Part shown: positions 61,490 through 64,000 of the stretch, one piece after another
How the letters are laid out: each line of letters begins with the position of its first letter
How positions within the stretch are numbered: position 1 is the first letter of the stretch
Source: an uncultured Acidimicrobiia bacterium
GTDB lineage: Bacteria > Actinomycetota > Acidimicrobiia > Acidimicrobiales > AC-14
Direction: 5' to 3'
Length of the DNA stretch: 64,000 nucleotides
Assembly (NCBI GenBank): GCA_963836205.1
Contig: CAWIIV010000006.1
Location: 192,001-256,000, forward strand
Made by a program: the position numbers and the translations under genes
Notes under the pieces: generated by a model
Told to the model about the DNA's origin: nothing
What the model saw: only the letters and a program-made list of their open reading frames with translations
Database searches by the model: none

Positions 61490-63319
61490 ATGCGCGAGCA
61501 GCTCGAACGCACCATTCCCACCCCCCCACCGCCGGAGCTACGCACCGGGGCGGAGCCTACCGGCGGACGACGCGAAGTGGGTCGTCGCCGGCTGCCTGAG
61601 CCGTCGAGGATCACGGCTGCCGTCGCCGTGACGGTCCTCCTGTGCCTGTGCGCCATCGCACCGGCGACGGCCGGTGCCGGTGCGGCGACGGCGCCCGACC
61701 GGGCGTTCGAGGCCATCGGGCCGGACGGCGACTGGTTGGCCCAGGACTACGCCGATTCCCGCGGCGTCACCAGCGTCCGCCAGGTGGGCACGACGTTGGT
61801 CGCCGACGCCCGCCTCGTCGGGGGCGACTGGCAGCGGGCCAAGGGCGAGGTCTACAGCGACCTTCGCTACTTCGTCGGCGTGGAGGACAGCTACCTCGAC
61901 CTGCGCGCCCGATCGGTGAAGGCCGTCGTGCGGGTCCCCGCCGCGTTCGTCGGCGACCGGTCCCGTCCCAACGGCATCCAGGTGTTCGTGAAGGACAGCA
62001 GCTTCCGCTCGCAGTACGGGCCGTGGGTGAACGTGTCGGGTGCCGGTGACATCGCCGCCGGCCTCGCCGTCGGCACGTCGGGCGCAGCCTTCACCGCCCC
62101 TGGTTTCGATCCCTCGAAGGTGCGGGTCCTGGGCGTGAAGATCGCCATCGGTACCGGGTCGGTCGCCACCTTCACCGGGCAGGCGACTGTGCTCTCCTAC
62201 GCCGTCAACCCCGGGCTCCGGCTGGCGGCGCGTCCCCTGAGCGACGTGGCCGTTCCCGCGGCCGTGTTCCCGACCGGTCACCGGCTCGTCGCAGGGCCCT
62301 CCGGCTTCACCCTGAACGGCCGGAGGTTGTTCGCCACCGGCGGCAACTTCGTCCCCATCGAATACGGGCAGAGCTTCGGCATGACCGGCTGGTACCCGGC
62401 CGGCAACGGCGTGTCCCGCCACCCGAACTACATCGCGTCCCGCGTCGCACTTTTCCGAAAGGCACGAGCACACGTGGTCAGGGTCCCGCTGGTGGCTGAC
62501 GGGCGCTCCGTGCTCGACGCCCAGGGGGCGGTGGTCGGGTACGACGACAGGTTCCGCGCCGACGTGGGCGCACTGCTGTCGATCGCGGCGCAGAACGACG
62601 TCAAGGTCGAGCTGACGCTCGTCGACTTCCCGGTGGCCGACCGGGCCCGAGTCGTCGATGGCGTGCGCCTCGGAGGACGCGCCGCGATCTTCACCAATCC
62701 GGCGACCCGTGAGCAGTTCTTCACCCAGCTGGTCGACCCGATGCTCCGGCGCTACCGCGCCGACCCGGGCATCCAGGCCGTCGACTGCGGCAACGAGATC
62801 CTCGATTGGCTGGTCGCCGCCTCCGAGGGCGGTGGGTGGAACTACGTCGACCCCGCCACCCGGGTCGAGTCGCCGATCCCGCTCGCCGACGTGCGGGCCT
62901 TCGTCGCCCGATGCGTCGCGAGCGTCCGCGCCAACGCGCCGGGTGTGCTGGTCACGGTGGGCGTCGGCGCCCAGTTCGCACGGCTGGCGGGCGGTCTCGG
63001 GCTCGACTACCTCGCCATCCACCACTACCCCTACATGGGCAGGCTCGCCGCCCTCGTCGGCCGCTTCCCGGCCGGGCCCTGGTCGCTCGAGGAGTACCCG
63101 ACGAGCGACGCCGAGTACGCGGCAAGCGCGAGCGGAGGCGGACCCGGATCGCTGCCGGCGTATCTGGACGACGCCCGCCGCCTGGGCGCCGCCGGCGGCC
63201 TGCTGTGGAGCCTGAACCCCGGGCAGGACGGCGCCACCGCCGCCCCCGCCCGCTTCGCCGGCATCCTCACCGAGCACCTCACCTGGTGCCGGACACACCC
63301 GCCGTCATTCTGCGTGTAG
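61490..63319 (+). CDS. Secreted GH5-like (clan A) glycoside hydrolase with N-terminal CBM-like domain
   Basis: Signal/TM segment; VVRVPL, GNE (acid/base), AIHHY, LEEY (nucleophile), LLWS; GGAGG RBS. Confidence 0.72.
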   Translation: MREQLERTIPTPPPPELRTGAEPTGGRREVGRRRLPEPSRITAAVAVTVLLCLCAIAPATAGAGAATAPDRAFEAIGPDGDWLAQDYADSRGVTSVRQVGTTLVADARLVGGDWQRAKGEVYSDLRYFVGVEDSYLDLRARSVKAVVRVPAAFVGDRSRPNGIQVFVKDSSFRSQYGPWVNVSGAGDIAAGLAVGTSGAAFTAPGFDPSKVRVLGVKIAIGTGSVATFTGQATVLSYAVNPGLRLAARPLSDVAVPAAVFPTGHRLVAGPSGFTLNGRRLFATGGNFVPIEYGQSFGMTGWYPAGNGVSRHPNYIASRVALFRKARAHVVRVPLVADGRSVLDAQGAVVGYDDRFRADVGALLSIAAQNDVKVELTLVDFPVADRARVVDGVRLGGRAAIFTNPATREQFFTQLVDPMLRRYRADPGIQAVDCGNEILDWLVAASEGGGWNYVDPATRVESPIPLADVRAFVARCVASVRANAPGVLVTVGVGAQFARLAGGLGLDYLAIHHYPYMGRLAALVGRFPAGPWSLEEYPTSDAEYAASASGGGPGSLPAYLDDARRLGAAGGLLWSLNPGQDGATAAPARFAGILTEHLTWCRTHPPSFCV

Positions 63320-63373
63320 GCGGGCGACGTTGCGTCGGGGTGGCGGCCAGTACCCGGGCCGCCACCTCGACGT

Positions 63374-64000
63374 TCACAAACGGCGACTGAGCATCCCCCG
63401 CCATTCGGCGGCCAGGGCGTCGACCGCCAGCAGCTCGTCGATCAGCTCGGGCGACGCGTGGCCAGGGCGGGCGGCGTCGTGGACGGCGAAGACGGTGACG
63501 CCGGCCGGGTGCTGCTCGACGACGGCGATCGGCCCCGCCACCGGTACCGCCCCCTCCTCCAGCACCCGCAGGTACCAGCCGGTGCGGTCGGTGTCCCGGA
63601 ACAGGCGGCCGATGTCGCCCCGCCCCCGGTGGATGGCAAGCTTGTAGCAGGGCCACCGGGGCTGGCAGACCTCGAGGAGGGCGTCGCCCCAGCGCCACCG
63701 GTCGCCGATGCACACGTCCTCCTCCCGCCAGCCGGCGGTGGACAGGTTCTCCCCGAACGGTGCCGGCCCCAGGTCGGGGTCGTCCAGCTCGGCGGCCCAG
63801 GCCGGCAGGTGCTCCGACGGGTAGGCGTAGACCGCCTTGTCCCGCCCCCCGTGGACCTCGAGGTCGGCCTGGCCGTCGCCCTCCAGGTTGAGCGCCGACA
63901 GCCACAGCTCGGCGGTCCCGTCCGCCACCGGCTGCTTGGCGATGCCGCTGGTCACCGGATGGCCCCGGTGCATCCCCAGATACGCCGGCTTCCCCACGTT
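63374..64000 (-). CDS. MOSC domain protein (YiiM-like), 5' end outside window
   Basis: GDGQAD..HGG.DKAV, FGENL, QPRWPCYKL, RTGWYLRVL. Confidence 0.9.
   Translation of the reverse strand, partial: NVGKPAYLGMHRGHPVTSGIAKQPVADGTAELWLSALNLEGDGQADLEVHGGRDKAVYAYPSEHLPAWAAELDDPDLGPAPFGENLSTAGWREEDVCIGDRWRWGDALLEVCQPRWPCYKLAIHRGRGDIGRLFRDTDRTGWYLRVLEEGAVPVAGPIAVVEQHPAGVTVFAVHDAARPGHASPELIDELLAVDALAAEWRGMLSRRL

Overview
High-GC actinobacterial DNA, most consistent with Acidimicrobiia. The backbone is housekeeping: patA-pgsA/EF-G-like, tdh-kbl, HIT-thrS, mshC-npdG, phoD, aspC/serC, ilvBNC with a leader-peptide attenuator, ilvD, egtBCD, mhuD, gatCAB and a PASTA Ser/Thr kinase. Accessory segments lie at 1-4170, 11.3-23.5 kb and 60-63.3 kb. 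Several single-base frameshifts sit in homopolymer or GGCCCTGG contexts and are probably sequencing errors. The most striking signal is at 1-2330. A NYN/PIN-fold RNase gene, split by an IS256, faces a minus-strand two-RNA cassette. The first RNA is a tRNA-Cys-like gene with an 8-nt anticodon loop. The second is a ~100-nt candidate sRNA with its own predicted -10 and terminator, whose predicted 5' end is exactly complementary (14/14 nt) to that tRNA's anticodon arm. This may be an undescribed tRNA-toxin / anti-anticodon RNA / RNase module (inference). Other notable items: a secreted TNT-family NADase divergent from a cyclooxygenase-like dioxygenase; an M50-CBS-PDZ-pseudoLon fusion; an XRE-TM-CBM-like sensor divergent from a GH5-like hydrolase carrying a similar domain; a PEP-utilizer/phosphatase module; and a 62-bp palindromic REP-like array. 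All calls come from reading motifs by eye; no database searches were run.
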